In this document: positions 28,622 to 38,531 of the stretch, piece by piece
Layout of the letters: each line of letters starts with the position of its first letter
How positions within the stretch are numbered: position 1 is the stretch's first letter
Source of the DNA: Nitrosopumilales archaeon
GTDB lineage: Archaea; Thermoproteota; Nitrososphaeria; Nitrososphaerales; Nitrososphaeraceae
Direction of reading: 5' to 3'
Length of the DNA: 64,000 bases
NCBI GenBank assembly: GCA_044507735.1
Contig: JBIQJB010000003.1
Location: forward strand, 57,258 to 121,257
Position numbers and translations under genes: made by a program
The notes under the pieces: generated by a model
The model's database searches: none
The model's input: the letters and a program-made list of their open reading frames with translations, nothing else
Told to the model about the DNA's origin: nothing

Positions 28622-29880
28622 ACATAAAGCGAGATGTACACCCATCGAAGGACATTGTCGGTACTCACGGGACTGAGCTTGCTGACAAGAAAATAGTACT
28701 CTGCATTACCGGCAGCGTGGCGGCATATCGTGCCATCGATCTAGCTCGTTTGCTGATGCGCCACGGAGCAGAAGTTCATGCAGTCATGACAGAATCTACT
28801 GCAGAGACCCTCCTACACCCTGAAATGATGAGGTGGGCTACTGGCAACGACGTTGTCACAAAATTGACCGGCAGCCTGGAGCACATCATGCTTGCAGACT
28901 ATGGCATGTCGGATCTGATAATCGTCTACCCGTGCACAGCCAACACACTTGGCAAGATGGCGGCCGGGATCGACGACACTCCGGTGACATCGGTCGTGAG
29001 CGTAGCGCTGGGGAGCAAGATCCCGATAATAGTCGCGCCTGCCATGCATGAGGCGATGTATGAAAACAAGTTCATACAGCAGAATGTCGAGAGGTTGAGG
29101 ACGCATGTCACCTTTGTAGAACCGAGTGTTGAAGAGGGCAAGGCAAAAGTTGCCGAGCCCAGTCAGGTGGTCGCTGCGGCCATCAGGATATTGTCAGGCG
29201 GCCCGCTCGCAGGAAAGCGCGTGATCGTCACGGCTGGTAGCACGGTCGAACATATCGACCCGATAAGGGTGATTACAAATACCAGCTCGGGCAAGATGGG
29301 AATCGCACTGGCTCAAGAAGCCGAGCGCATGGGCGCCGATGTAACCTTGATCTATGGACATGGAACCGAAGACGCTAATGGAAAGGTAGTGCGCGTGGGC
29401 ACGAGCGAAGAGATGTATAATGCAGTTGTATCAGAACTGAGCTCAAGGAAATATGACATTGCGATAATGGCGGCTGCGGTAGCCGACTATACTCCGTCAA
29501 GAAAGACAGATGCAAAGATCGACACGCGTTCAGGCAGTGCGCTGGAACTCTCGCTTGTACCTACGAAAAAAATAGTCGATGAAGTGAAAAAGAAGAGCAG
29601 CAACACTTTTCTCGTGGCCTTCAAGGCAGACTATGGAGTATCGGATTCTGTGCTAGTGGAAAAGGCATTCAAAAAGCTGCAAGAATCCGGTGCCGACATT
29701 GTGGTGGCAAACGACCTTGGCAGAGAAGGCTCTGAAGCTGGATCAGACAAGAATCAGGTGTTTATTGTAAACGGGAGGAAACAGGTCGTCCACTTGCCCC
29801 TTGAGAGCAAGAGGGCCATAGCGAGAAAAATTCTGGAGCTCGTTGCGCAATCTGTTGACGGCAATAGCAGTCAGAGATGA
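28618..29880 (+). CDS. coaBC: Phosphopantothenoylcysteine decarboxylase / phosphopantothenate--cysteine ligase
   Basis: TGSVAAY, PAMH, DPIRVITN.SSGKMG and AAAVAD motifs. Confidence 0.96.
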   Translation: MNIKRDVHPSKDIVGTHGTELADKKIVLCITGSVAAYRAIDLARLLMRHGAEVHAVMTESTAETLLHPEMMRWATGNDVVTKLTGSLEHIMLADYGMSDLIIVYPCTANTLGKMAAGIDDTPVTSVVSVALGSKIPIIVAPAMHEAMYENKFIQQNVERLRTHVTFVEPSVEEGKAKVAEPSQVVAAAIRILSGGPLAGKRVIVTAGSTVEHIDPIRVITNTSSGKMGIALAQEAERMGADVTLIYGHGTEDANGKVVRVGTSEEMYNAVVSELSSRKYDIAIMAAAVADYTPSRKTDAKIDTRSGSALELSLVPTKKIVDEVKKKSSNTFLVAFKADYGVSDSVLVEKAFKKLQESGADIVVANDLGREGSEAGSDKNQVFIVNGRKQVVHLPLESKRAIARKILELVAQSVDGNSSQR

Positions 29881-29965
29881 AATCAAAGATGACAATCAAG
29901 GCACCAGTTGCAGCAAGGTCAGTCAGAATCCCGTGCAATGCATGCTGATTCTCACTCTTGCACAG

Positions 29966-31039
29966 TCAATCAGAGCCTATGACAACCAGATCTTTTGTGA
30001 ACTTGTTGAGCACATGCGGCCTGCCATCAGTGACAATGATGCTGTCCTCTATCCGGATTCCAAACTTGTTTTCCAGGTATATGCCTGGCTCGACAGTCAC
30101 TGCCATGTTGGCTTTCAGTTCTTCGGAGTTTCTCATTCTAAGCCAAGGAGGCTCGTGTACGTCTAGCCCGATGCCGTGTCCGGTAGAATGTATAAAGTAT
30201 TTTTCATAACCGCGTTCTGCTATCAGATCTCTGCACGCCGCATCAACGCTGCCGCACATGACTCCTGATCTGGCTGCATCAAGGCCAGCTTTCTGCGACT
30301 CTTGCACGATCGAGTACACCTTTTTCATCTCTGCTGTAGCCGAACCTAGAGCAAAAGTCCTTGTCGCATCAGCGATATATCCGGCATGCCTCAAGGTCAA
30401 GTCGACAACTATCATGTCACCTTTCTTGAATTTTCTATCGGTGACTTCTGCATGCGGAAGGGCGCCATTCGGCCCGCCTGCAATAATAAGAGGATTGAGA
30501 GTGGACTTGTAGGAAGGCGGGTTTGCCCCCATCCTCATACCCTCATAGATCAGCTTTGCCTGAAGGTCTCGCTCTGACAGGCCAACCCTGATCTCGTCTT
30601 CGCACATTTCGTACAGCTTGTCCAAAATTCTGGATGCTCTAGCAATTATCTTGATCTCCACGTCATCCTTAATCTTGCGCGCTTGGAAGAAGGGTTCGGT
30701 GTCGACCTCAACGTCACCACCTTGTTTGCGGATGGACTCGACAGAAGAGTAGTCGCTGCAGTCTGTGCAAGCTTTTTTGTTATTTATCTGTGACACAAAG
30801 GTGGAAATGAGCTCGCTTCCTCGTTCCGTGGGGATAACTTCGCAATCGATCGAGGTTTTTTCGGCTCGACCATATTCGAGCTTTGGTGCGACCAGCTTCG
30901 TACCATCCTCGGCGCAGATCGCTATGGCTTCGCCCCAAAATCCCGTGAGATAGAACACGTTTTCAGGCTCAAACGCTACAACTACGCGATAGCCTGCATG
31001 CCTTGCATGCTCTAGTATTCTGGAGCGTCGAGCCTTCAT
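29966..31039 (-). CDS. Xaa-Pro aminopeptidase (M24)
   Basis: HSTGHGIGLDVHE, EPGIY and GIRIED motifs; start placed at MKARR. Confidence 0.93.
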   Translation of the reverse strand: MKARRSRILEHARHAGYRVVVAFEPENVFYLTGFWGEAIAICAEDGTKLVAPKLEYGRAEKTSIDCEVIPTERGSELISTFVSQINNKKACTDCSDYSSVESIRKQGGDVEVDTEPFFQARKIKDDVEIKIIARASRILDKLYEMCEDEIRVGLSERDLQAKLIYEGMRMGANPPSYKSTLNPLIIAGGPNGALPHAEVTDRKFKKGDMIVVDLTLRHAGYIADATRTFALGSATAEMKKVYSIVQESQKAGLDAARSGVMCGSVDAACRDLIAERGYEKYFIHSTGHGIGLDVHEPPWLRMRNSEELKANMAVTVEPGIYLENKFGIRIEDSIIVTDGRPHVLNKFTKDLVVIGSD

Positions 31040-31201
31040 CATTGGCGACGACAAAAAAGACAACAATGACTCTCGGTTATTCCAGTTTTATAAAATGTTT
31101 CATGAGCATCGACATGCCGCTCTCGGATGCGGGTTGAGAATCTCGCAGATATTCCAAATTAATTTAAATATGGCTCAGTTGCCCGCACTCTTGAGACTAT
31201 C

Positions 31202-32347
31202 ATGGAATACCTCGTAATGCTCCCCGGTCCGACTAACGTGCCAAACAGGGTCATGAATGCAATGCTTGCGCCTGTGATAAACCACAGGAGCGAGGATTTT
31301 CGTGTATTGTACAAGTCAGTGGTTGAAAAGACCCAGAAGGTCTTCCAGACTGAAAACGACATTGTACTCCTCACAACTTCTGGCACTGGCGCTGTCGAAG
31401 CGTCGGTTGTCAACCTGATAAAGAAGGGTGACAAGGCAGTCATCCCCGTCAACGGCGAATTCAGCACCAGGCTTGCCGATTTGATCGACAGCTGGGGCGG
31501 ACAGGCGATCAGGATAAACGCGCCACCAGGCGAGAACCCGCCCTATGAAAAGTTTGAAGAGGCATTTGACAATAACAAAGACATCAAGGCACTCTATGCT
31601 GTCTACAATGAGACTTCTACGGGCACAACGATAAGATACATGGACAAGCTTGGCGAGCTTGCAGCAAGAAGGGGTGCATATTTCATCGCCGACGCAGTTT
31701 CGATCCTTGGTGGAGATGAGCTACCGGTGGACAAGTGGAATGTCGACATTTGCGTCACTGCTTCTCAAAAAGCTCTCGCGGCTCCACCGGGCGTTTCGCC
31801 TATCTCCGTGAGCAAACGCGCGAAAAAATACATGCAGGAAAACCCGCCTCCGACACAATACCTCAATCTGAAGCGCTACTTCAAGTACTACGAAGAACAT
31901 TATGAAACGCCGTTTACGCCGGCCCTGCCGCTTTACTATGCGTTTAGAGAAGCACTGGACATTGTGCTTGAGGAAGGCATGGAGAACAGAATAAGGCGAC
32001 ACAGGATTTGCGCCGATGCATTCTATGCCGGCCTGAGCGCGCTTGGCTTGACGCCATTTGCAAAGCAGGACGCAAGGAGCAATATGATCATTGCAGTCAA
32101 TTACCTTCCAGGAATGGACGACAAGAAATTCCGCGGTCTGCTGTCGAGCGAATTCAAGGTGCTGGTTGCAGGAGGCTTTGGCGACCTGAAGGGGAAGGTA
32201 TTCAGGGTTGGATCTATGGGCGAAGTCGGTCGCTATCACGTCATGAGGACAATATCGTCGATCGCCTCTGCGATGAACATGCTTGGAATGAAGACAAATC
32301 CGGAAGCGACATCAGTGGCGATGGACAAGCTAAAGGCGCTTGGCTGA
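31202..32347 (+). CDS. Class V PLP-dependent aminotransferase (alanine/serine-glyoxylate type)
   Basis: MLPGPT, NETSTG, DAVS and SQKAL..PPG motifs. Confidence 0.92.
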   Translation: MEYLVMLPGPTNVPNRVMNAMLAPVINHRSEDFRVLYKSVVEKTQKVFQTENDIVLLTTSGTGAVEASVVNLIKKGDKAVIPVNGEFSTRLADLIDSWGGQAIRINAPPGENPPYEKFEEAFDNNKDIKALYAVYNETSTGTTIRYMDKLGELAARRGAYFIADAVSILGGDELPVDKWNVDICVTASQKALAAPPGVSPISVSKRAKKYMQENPPPTQYLNLKRYFKYYEEHYETPFTPALPLYYAFREALDIVLEEGMENRIRRHRICADAFYAGLSALGLTPFAKQDARSNMIIAVNYLPGMDDKKFRGLLSSEFKVLVAGGFGDLKGKVFRVGSMGEVGRYHVMRTISSIASAMNMLGMKTNPEATSVAMDKLKALG

Positions 32348-32402
32348 CGCGCCCTTCTCACTTTTTGAAGATTAATATAAGGTAAAACAGAAGTCGGTTT
32401 CT

Positions 32403-33173
32403 ATGCCTTTGGAAAAAGGTTCTCTCATATTGGTGGATTACACTGCTAGAGTTAAAGACACTAACGAAGTTTTCGAAACAACCCTTGAAGAAGAGGCCAA
32501 GAAGGTGGCCCAGCTATACGATCCGACGCGCAAATATGAGCCGCGTCTTGTTTCAGTAGGCGAAAGCTGGGTACTCAAGGGATTGGATGAGGCGCTTGCA
32601 AACGCCAATGTGGGCGATAAGCTCAACGTGGAAATCACACCAGACAAGGGTTTTGGCGAACGCGATCCAAACAAGTTAAGGATGATCCCCCAGCGCAAAC
32701 TGGGCGACAAGGCCGACGAAGTCGGAGTTGGAGACGTCATTGAAGTTGACGACAGGACTGGAATTGTCCGCTATGTCGGTTCTGGTAGGATCCAAGTCGA
32801 TTTTAATCACAGATTTGCTGGCAAGACTCTACTATACGATGTCAACGTCACCAAGAAGCTGGAAACCGACAATGAAAAGATAACAGCGCTCTTGAAAAGG
32901 AGGACGGGACTGGAAGAAAGCAAGGTCAAGATCAATCTTGCAGCGCCCAATCTAGAGATCGAGCTTCCTGAAGAGGCATACCTTGCTGAAGGTCTGCAGA
33001 TAATCAAGCGCGCAGTGGCAAATGACATCTTCAAGTTCGTACCATCTGTCAAGAACATCAGATTCGTGGAAAGCTACTCAGCACCTGCCGCCGAGCAAAA
33101 GAAGGAAGAACAGCCAAAGGCAGAGGCCACGACCACGACGACGACCACTACCACCCCCGAAGCCAAGCAGTAA
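32403..33173 (+). CDS. FKBP-type peptidyl-prolyl isomerase (long SlyD-like)
   Basis: VDYT, GLDEAL and DFNHRFAGK motifs; poly-Thr tail. Confidence 0.92.
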   Translation: MPLEKGSLILVDYTARVKDTNEVFETTLEEEAKKVAQLYDPTRKYEPRLVSVGESWVLKGLDEALANANVGDKLNVEITPDKGFGERDPNKLRMIPQRKLGDKADEVGVGDVIEVDDRTGIVRYVGSGRIQVDFNHRFAGKTLLYDVNVTKKLETDNEKITALLKRRTGLEESKVKINLAAPNLEIELPEEAYLAEGLQIIKRAVANDIFKFVPSVKNIRFVESYSAPAAEQKKEEQPKAEATTTTTTTTTPEAKQ

Positions 33174-33199
33174 AAGGGGAAAAAGTTTATTATATTTAA

Positions 33200-33565
33200 T
33201 TGGCCAAGAAGAGCCTGATGGAAAGCGTTCAGCAGCAAACAGTAACAATAACCCCCAAGGCAGCTGAGAAGGTTGCCGAATTCATGAAGCAAGAGGGCAA
33301 CTCTAGCCTTTACCTGAGGGTATACGTTTCCGGCGGAGGATGCGCAGGACTGTCCTATGGCATGGGGTTTGAAGAAAAGCCAGACGAAGACGACCAGGTC
33401 ATTGAACAAAACGGCGTCAAGCTGTTGCTTGACAGCTACAGCCAGAGATACCTGAAGGGTGCCAACATTGACTATATCGAGAGCCTGATGGGTTCAGGTT
33501 TCAAGATAAACAACCCCAACGTAACCAAGAGCTGCTCGTGCGGACACTCGTTCAGCACAGAGTAA
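33200..33565 (+). CDS. A-type Fe-S carrier (IscA/ErpA/HesB family)
   Basis: GGCAGLSY and NPN...CSCGHSF motifs. Confidence 0.95.
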   Translation: MAKKSLMESVQQQTVTITPKAAEKVAEFMKQEGNSSLYLRVYVSGGGCAGLSYGMGFEEKPDEDDQVIEQNGVKLLLDSYSQRYLKGANIDYIESLMGSGFKINNPNVTKSCSCGHSFSTE

Positions 33566-33688
33566 GCAAAAAGAAACCTCCCCTTTCTCTTCTTAATTTT
33601 CCAACATCAGATAGTAGTCTGTTTTTTGAAAAACCCGGAAAAAGAGATTAAGAGAGAAGGAAGAAATCAGAGAGATAAAGAGAGACTC

Positions 33689-34942
33689 TTACGGCCAGAG
33701 TCCTCTAATTTGAATTGCCTCGACAACTCTATTCACTGCAAGGACAGTGCTGGCCTTGCGCATGTTGACGCCGTACTTTTCCGACGTCGAATAAGTGTCG
33801 AGGAAAGATTTAGTTATGTTCTTGTCCAGCCTTTCGTTGACTTCTTCTTCTGTCCAGTATTCCCTGCGCAGGTTTTGCAGCCACTCAAAATACGAAACGG
33901 TGACGCCACCGCCGTTAGCAAGGATGTCAGGAATGATCAGGATCTTGTTCTTGTACAGAATGTCGTCAGCCTCCGGTGTTGTTGGCCCGTTGGCCGCCTC
34001 TGCGACAACCTTGGCCTTCACATTGCCAGCGTTCTTGGCAGTGATCTGGTTTTCAAGGGCTGCAGGTATCAGTATCGTGCACTCGGTTTCAAGCAATTCC
34101 TCGTTGCTGATCGACTTGGCTCCAGGGAATCCAACTACAGAGCCGGTCTTTTCCTTGTGCTTGCGCAGCGCATCCACCTTCATGCCTTCCTTGTTAAAGA
34201 CGCCTCCTTTCGAGTCAGAAACCGCAATGACGGTCGCGCCTTGCTCTTCAACTAATTGCGACGCAAACTGGCCGGCGTTTCCAAAGCCCTGAACCGCCAC
34301 CGTGGCGGATTTCATGTCTATTTTCAGTTTCTTTGCTGCCTCCCTGACGGTGAACGCAAGGCCACGTCCGGTAGCCTCGTTCCTTCCAAGCGATCCTCCA
34401 ATTGCTATCGGCTTGCCGGTAATGACTTCTGGTTGGACATAGTTGCCCTTTAGCGCAGAGTATGTGTCCATTATCCATGCCATCTCCTTGCCGCCAGTGT
34501 AGACGTCAGGTGCAGGGATGTCTGTGTGTGGGCCGATAATGTCTGCAATAGCGTATGCGTAGCGCCGGGTCAGGCGTTCGAGCTCGCCGTTTGACATCTC
34601 CTTGGGATTGCAGATGATTCCACCCTTGCCACCTCCGTATGGGATGTCTGCGACAGCACACTTCCAGGTCATCCACATCGACAGGGCCTTGACCTCGTCG
34701 ATGGTCACCTGCGGGTGGTAGCGTATGCCTCCTTTGTAAGGGCCCCGGGCGTCGTTATGCTGCGACCTAAACCCAGTGAAGACCCGGATTTCGCCGTTGT
34801 CCATTTTGACAGGCAACGAAACTGTAAGAACACGCTTTGGGTGTGCCAAAACCTGGTGTAAACCCTTGTCTAATTTTATGATCTTTGCCGCTTCGTCAAG
34901 CTGTTTAAGAGCGACCTCAAACGGGTTGATTGTTGCTGACAT
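33689..34942 (-). CDS. gdhA: Glutamate dehydrogenase
   Basis: KGGIRYHP, GGGKGG, PAPDV, QGFGNAG and EAANGP motifs. Confidence 0.96.
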   Translation of the reverse strand: MSATINPFEVALKQLDEAAKIIKLDKGLHQVLAHPKRVLTVSLPVKMDNGEIRVFTGFRSQHNDARGPYKGGIRYHPQVTIDEVKALSMWMTWKCAVADIPYGGGKGGIICNPKEMSNGELERLTRRYAYAIADIIGPHTDIPAPDVYTGGKEMAWIMDTYSALKGNYVQPEVITGKPIAIGGSLGRNEATGRGLAFTVREAAKKLKIDMKSATVAVQGFGNAGQFASQLVEEQGATVIAVSDSKGGVFNKEGMKVDALRKHKEKTGSVVGFPGAKSISNEELLETECTILIPAALENQITAKNAGNVKAKVVAEAANGPTTPEADDILYKNKILIIPDILANGGGVTVSYFEWLQNLRREYWTEEEVNERLDKNITKSFLDTYSTSEKYGVNMRKASTVLAVNRVVEAIQIRGLWP

Positions 34943-35004
34943 GCCAATGGTGTGCCAAAGTTGTGTATTTAAGTGTTGAAGAACTACTCTGCCGATGCTT
35001 GCTG

Positions 35005-35343
35005 TTACTGGCTGGCCATTCTCTTCGATATCAGGCTGCGGAGCTGTTCGTCTGTCAGACCGTCATAGTCGTCTATGCCGAGAGAATTGGCGATTGCTTC
35101 GAGCTTTTCCCTCTCTGTGGCAACAGGACCGGTAATCTTGGGCATTCGGGTCATGTTCTTTACAGGGTCCATTGCCTCCTCCATTTCGCGCCGGAACGTC
35201 GCCCTAGCCTTTTCGTATTCACCGACCGCCTTGCCTATCGTGCGGGAGACCTGCGGCAGCCTCTTGGTGCCAAAGAGCAGGACGAGCCCAAGTAGTATAA
35301 TGATCACCCACTCTGACCCGGCTATGTTCAATAACAGAGGCAT
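35005..35343 (-). CDS. tatA: Twin-arginine translocase TatA/TatE subunit
   Basis: G.EW.II....VLLFG.KRLP...RTIGKA. Confidence 0.88.
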   Translation of the reverse strand: MPLLLNIAGSEWVIIILLGLVLLFGTKRLPQVSRTIGKAVGEYEKARATFRREMEEAMDPVKNMTRMPKITGPVATEREKLEAIANSLGIDDYDGLTDEQLRSLISKRMASQ

Positions 35344-35375
35344 TATCCTGTGGGAGTACTACCCCCTGACCAAAA

Positions 35376-36116
35376 TTAAAGATTTCCACCAGTGGGCTTG
35401 GAGGAGGGTTTGTCCTCCTTGCCCTTTATCTTGGACATCAGGAAGGGCTGGTCAAGCTTCATGGCATTTGCAAGCACCACGGACACCATGGCTCCAAAGA
35501 GAAATCCCCCGATAAGGTCAGTAGGATAGTGTTGGAACACATAGAGCCGAGTGATGCCGACCGCTACAGGAAGTGCCCAAATTGCATAGGCGGCCTTCCT
35601 TGACTTCTGGTAGAGGAGGAAGCCCACTATGAAGGCAAAGGCCGTAGTGCGCGACACGTGGCCCGAAGGATATCCAAAATTCGCGGCAAACGGAGCGAGA
35701 CTGTCATTTTCGAGGCTGAAATTCTCGGGCAGCTCAAGCGCAGGTTCAAACGTGTACGGAGGGATCTCCCTGCCGATCAGGGGTTTGATGTACATCACAA
35801 GAACAACTATTGCAATCAATGCGATCAAAAAGATCATGCCGGCCTTCCTAGTGCGCCTGATTATTGTCAACACTATGCCAGCGAAAAATAATGTCGAGAC
35901 GTCGCCCATTGTAGTTATGACTATTACTACCAGATCAACTGCGGCATTTCCTTGGACTGACTTGAAGTAGCGGCTTGCCGCGTCGTCGGCTCCTAACGTG
36001 ACGCCAGATACCACTATTGCGCTGAATACAACAAACGCTGCCACGAGCGCAACAAAATGCATTGAGCGCGTCCTTATCATCCAGGGGGGCTTGCTTTTTA
36101 CAGGCGCAAACGACAA
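35376..36116 (-). CDS. PAP2 family membrane phosphatase
   Basis: K...GR..P, YPSGH and TRLY...HYPTD motifs. Confidence 0.9.
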   Translation of the reverse strand: MSFAPVKSKPPWMIRTRSMHFVALVAAFVVFSAIVVSGVTLGADDAASRYFKSVQGNAAVDLVVIVITTMGDVSTLFFAGIVLTIIRRTRKAGMIFLIALIAIVVLVMYIKPLIGREIPPYTFEPALELPENFSLENDSLAPFAANFGYPSGHVSRTTAFAFIVGFLLYQKSRKAAYAIWALPVAVGITRLYVFQHYPTDLIGGFLFGAMVSVVLANAMKLDQPFLMSKIKGKEDKPSSKPTGGNL

Positions 36117-36169
36117 CCAGTGAAAAGAGCGTGGCTGTTGTCGTTTAACTGTTTTCCCTCAGATTCGAA

Positions 36170-36499
36170 TTACATCTGCGCGCTGCACTTTGGGCAGACT
36201 TTGCCTTCTTCGCTTGGCGCGAAATAGGTGGCAAATCCGCAAGCATTGCAGGTAGCCGGTTCGAGTGTGTTCCATAACCGGTAATAGCGGGTGTTAAAGT
36301 TCTGGGCTATTGGGCGGAGAAGGCCAGACTTTTCCATGTCTAGGAGAACATCTTCAAAGTCGAGCACGTCGTCGAGTGACTTGTACTGCTCCATCTGGTT
36401 CAGGTAACCAAGCATTTCGTCATTTGAGAATCGCGTGTCGGTGTCGTTGAAATTGTCGAATATGATCTTGCGAATATCGTGGCTGTTGACCTTGGGCAT
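36170..36499 (-). CDS. Hypothetical protein, wHTH-like with C-terminal zinc ribbon
   Basis: CNAC...CPKC; last gene of the suf run. Confidence 0.7.
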   Translation of the reverse strand: MPKVNSHDIRKIIFDNFNDTDTRFSNDEMLGYLNQMEQYKSLDDVLDFEDVLLDMEKSGLLRPIAQNFNTRYYRLWNTLEPATCNACGFATYFAPSEEGKVCPKCSAQM

Positions 36500-36505
36500 T
36501 TATAT

Positions 36506-36934
36506 CTACAGACCCTTCGAATCTTCCTGCAGTTTCTTGGCAGAAGCCGGATCTCTGTCGGAATAGTACTTTACCATACCCAGCTTTAACACCTTGAGCG
36601 ATAACAGCGCGCATTTGATTCTGGCGGGTCCGAGGTTCATCAGACCAATGTTCTCGAGAATATCATCCTTTGTGAGCTCCTTGACTGAAGTGAGCGGTTT
36701 ACCGACAACCATCTCAGTCAGCATAGAGGCGCTTGCCTGGCTTATTGCGCAGCCTCTGCCCTCGAACCTTATGTCCTTTATCTTGTCACCGTCAACTTTG
36801 AGATGTATGTCAATCTCGTCACCGCACAGAGGGTTACTGTCGTGTATGCTCACGTCGGCGTCGGGCAACTTGCCCTTGTTCCTCGGATTGCGGTAGTGGT
36901 CAAGGATTATTTCACGGTAAATATCATCACTCAA
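36506..36934 (-). CDS. sufU: Fe-S scaffold SufU/IscU
   Basis: ILDHY.NP.N, NPLCGD, GCAISQAS and RIKCA motifs. Confidence 0.93.
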   Translation of the reverse strand: MSDDIYREIILDHYRNPRNKGKLPDADVSIHDSNPLCGDEIDIHLKVDGDKIKDIRFEGRGCAISQASASMLTEMVVGKPLTSVKELTKDDILENIGLMNLGPARIKCALLSLKVLKLGMVKYYSDRDPASAKKLQEDSKGL

Positions 36935-38178
36935 ATCTTGAATAGCCTCCTTGCTTCATCCAGTGCTCCAATGAAAGTATCTATTTCCTCTTTTGTGTTA
37001 TAGATATAAAAACTTGCTCGCGATGTTGCAGCAACATCAAGCCTCTCCATGAGCACCTGTGCGCAGTGGTGCCCAGACCTTATTGCAACCCCATGGTCGT
37101 TCATTATAGTAGCCAAATCGTGTGGGTGAATGTCGCCAATGTTGAAGGACACCACGCCTCCTCGGTCGTTTGCATTGCGCGGGCCGTAGAGTGTAACCCC
37201 TTTTACCCCCGAAACAGCGTCAAGCGCATATTTTGTCAGCTCAATTTCATGTTCCCTGACCCTGTCCATGCCGAGCTTGTTCAGGTAGTCAATCGCTGCA
37301 CCAAAGCCAATTACATCAGCAATGTTTGGAGTCCCGCCTTCGAACTTGTACGGCAGATCGTTGTACCTTGTCTCATACTTGTGAACCTCCTTTATCATGT
37401 CTCCACCTCCCATGAATGGTGGCATCTTCTCCAAGAGGTCCCTCTTTACATACAGCACCCCTACCCCCGTTGGGCCTAGCATCTTGTGAGCAGAAAATGC
37501 CATAAAGTCACAGTCCATCTCCTGGACATCCACCTTCATGTGTGGAACAGACTGCGCGCCATCGATCAACACAGGGATTCCCCTTTCATGCGACATCTTG
37601 ATAATGTCGCGGACAGGGACGATCGTTCCAAGGACGTTTGACATGTGCGTTACTGACACCAACTTGACCTTGTTGCTGTCAAGATGCTGTTTGTACTCCT
37701 GCATCTTCAGGTAGCCGTTGTCGTCCACACCGATGTATTCCAGTTTGGCACCTTTTTCAGAAGTCAGTATCTGCCACGGCACGATATTGCTGTGGTGTTC
37801 TATCTCGGTAATCACTATCTTGTCGTCTTTCTTGACGTTGGCTCGTCCCCACGAATATGCAACGAGGTTGAGTGCCTCTGTCGCGTTGCGGGTGAAAATG
37901 ATCTCTTCCGTCGACTTGGCGTTGATGAATTTTGCCACCTTTTCCCTCGTGTTTTCAAAAGCGATCGTTGCCTCCTCAGCGAGCTGGTGAACTGCTCGAT
38001 GGATATTTGAGTTGTAATTCAGATAATAATCATGGATAGCATCAATGACTGCAAGGGGCTTTTGTGTAGTCGCCGCATTGTCTAGATAGACCAAGGGCTT
38101 GCCTCCGCTTACCTTTCGGTTGAGGATAGGAAAATCTGCCCTTATCTTTTCAACGTCGAGAGCGCCCTTTTGCATCAT
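36931..38178 (-). CDS. sufS: Cysteine desulfurase SufS
   Basis: YLDNAAT, SAHKM and RSGHHCA motifs. Confidence 0.96.
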   Translation of the reverse strand: MMQKGALDVEKIRADFPILNRKVSGGKPLVYLDNAATTQKPLAVIDAIHDYYLNYNSNIHRAVHQLAEEATIAFENTREKVAKFINAKSTEEIIFTRNATEALNLVAYSWGRANVKKDDKIVITEIEHHSNIVPWQILTSEKGAKLEYIGVDDNGYLKMQEYKQHLDSNKVKLVSVTHMSNVLGTIVPVRDIIKMSHERGIPVLIDGAQSVPHMKVDVQEMDCDFMAFSAHKMLGPTGVGVLYVKRDLLEKMPPFMGGGDMIKEVHKYETRYNDLPYKFEGGTPNIADVIGFGAAIDYLNKLGMDRVREHEIELTKYALDAVSGVKGVTLYGPRNANDRGGVVSFNIGDIHPHDLATIMNDHGVAIRSGHHCAQVLMERLDVAATSRASFYIYNTKEEIDTFIGALDEARRLFKI

Positions 38179-38179
38179 T

Positions 38180-38503
38180 CTATTGTCCCAGCTGAATGTA
38201 AATTGCGTTGTCCTGTATTTTAACCTTGTAAGTTCCGAGGGGCTCTTCTGCCGGCAGGTTCTGCGGCACTCCGGAATCCAGCTTGAACGCAGATAGGTGA
38301 AGCGGACAGGTGACCGTTTTCTCTTCCTCGTTCAGAATCCCAGTTGACAGATCGGCGTATGCATGTGTACAGATTCTGTCTGTAGCAAACACTTTGCCTC
38401 CAGCCCTTACAAGTAGAATCTTTTTGTCGCCATAATCGAAATCCAGCAGGTCGCCATCCTTGAGCGCCTTGTCGTCACATACCTTTACCCATTCTTCTAC
38501 CAT
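38180..38503 (-). CDS. Rieske-type ferredoxin
   Basis: CTH...CPLH. Confidence 0.92.
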   Translation of the reverse strand: MVEEWVKVCDDKALKDGDLLDFDYGDKKILLVRAGGKVFATDRICTHAYADLSTGILNEEEKTVTCPLHLSAFKLDSGVPQNLPAEEPLGTYKVKIQDNAIYIQLGQ

Positions 38504-38531
38504 ATCTGAGATCCCTCTTCCAACACTGCCA

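Noticed and set aside
33127-33155. ACC/ACG/ACT repeat (poly-Thr) in the PPIase tail
   Set aside because: Mixed synonymous codons in a disordered tail; ordinary low complexity
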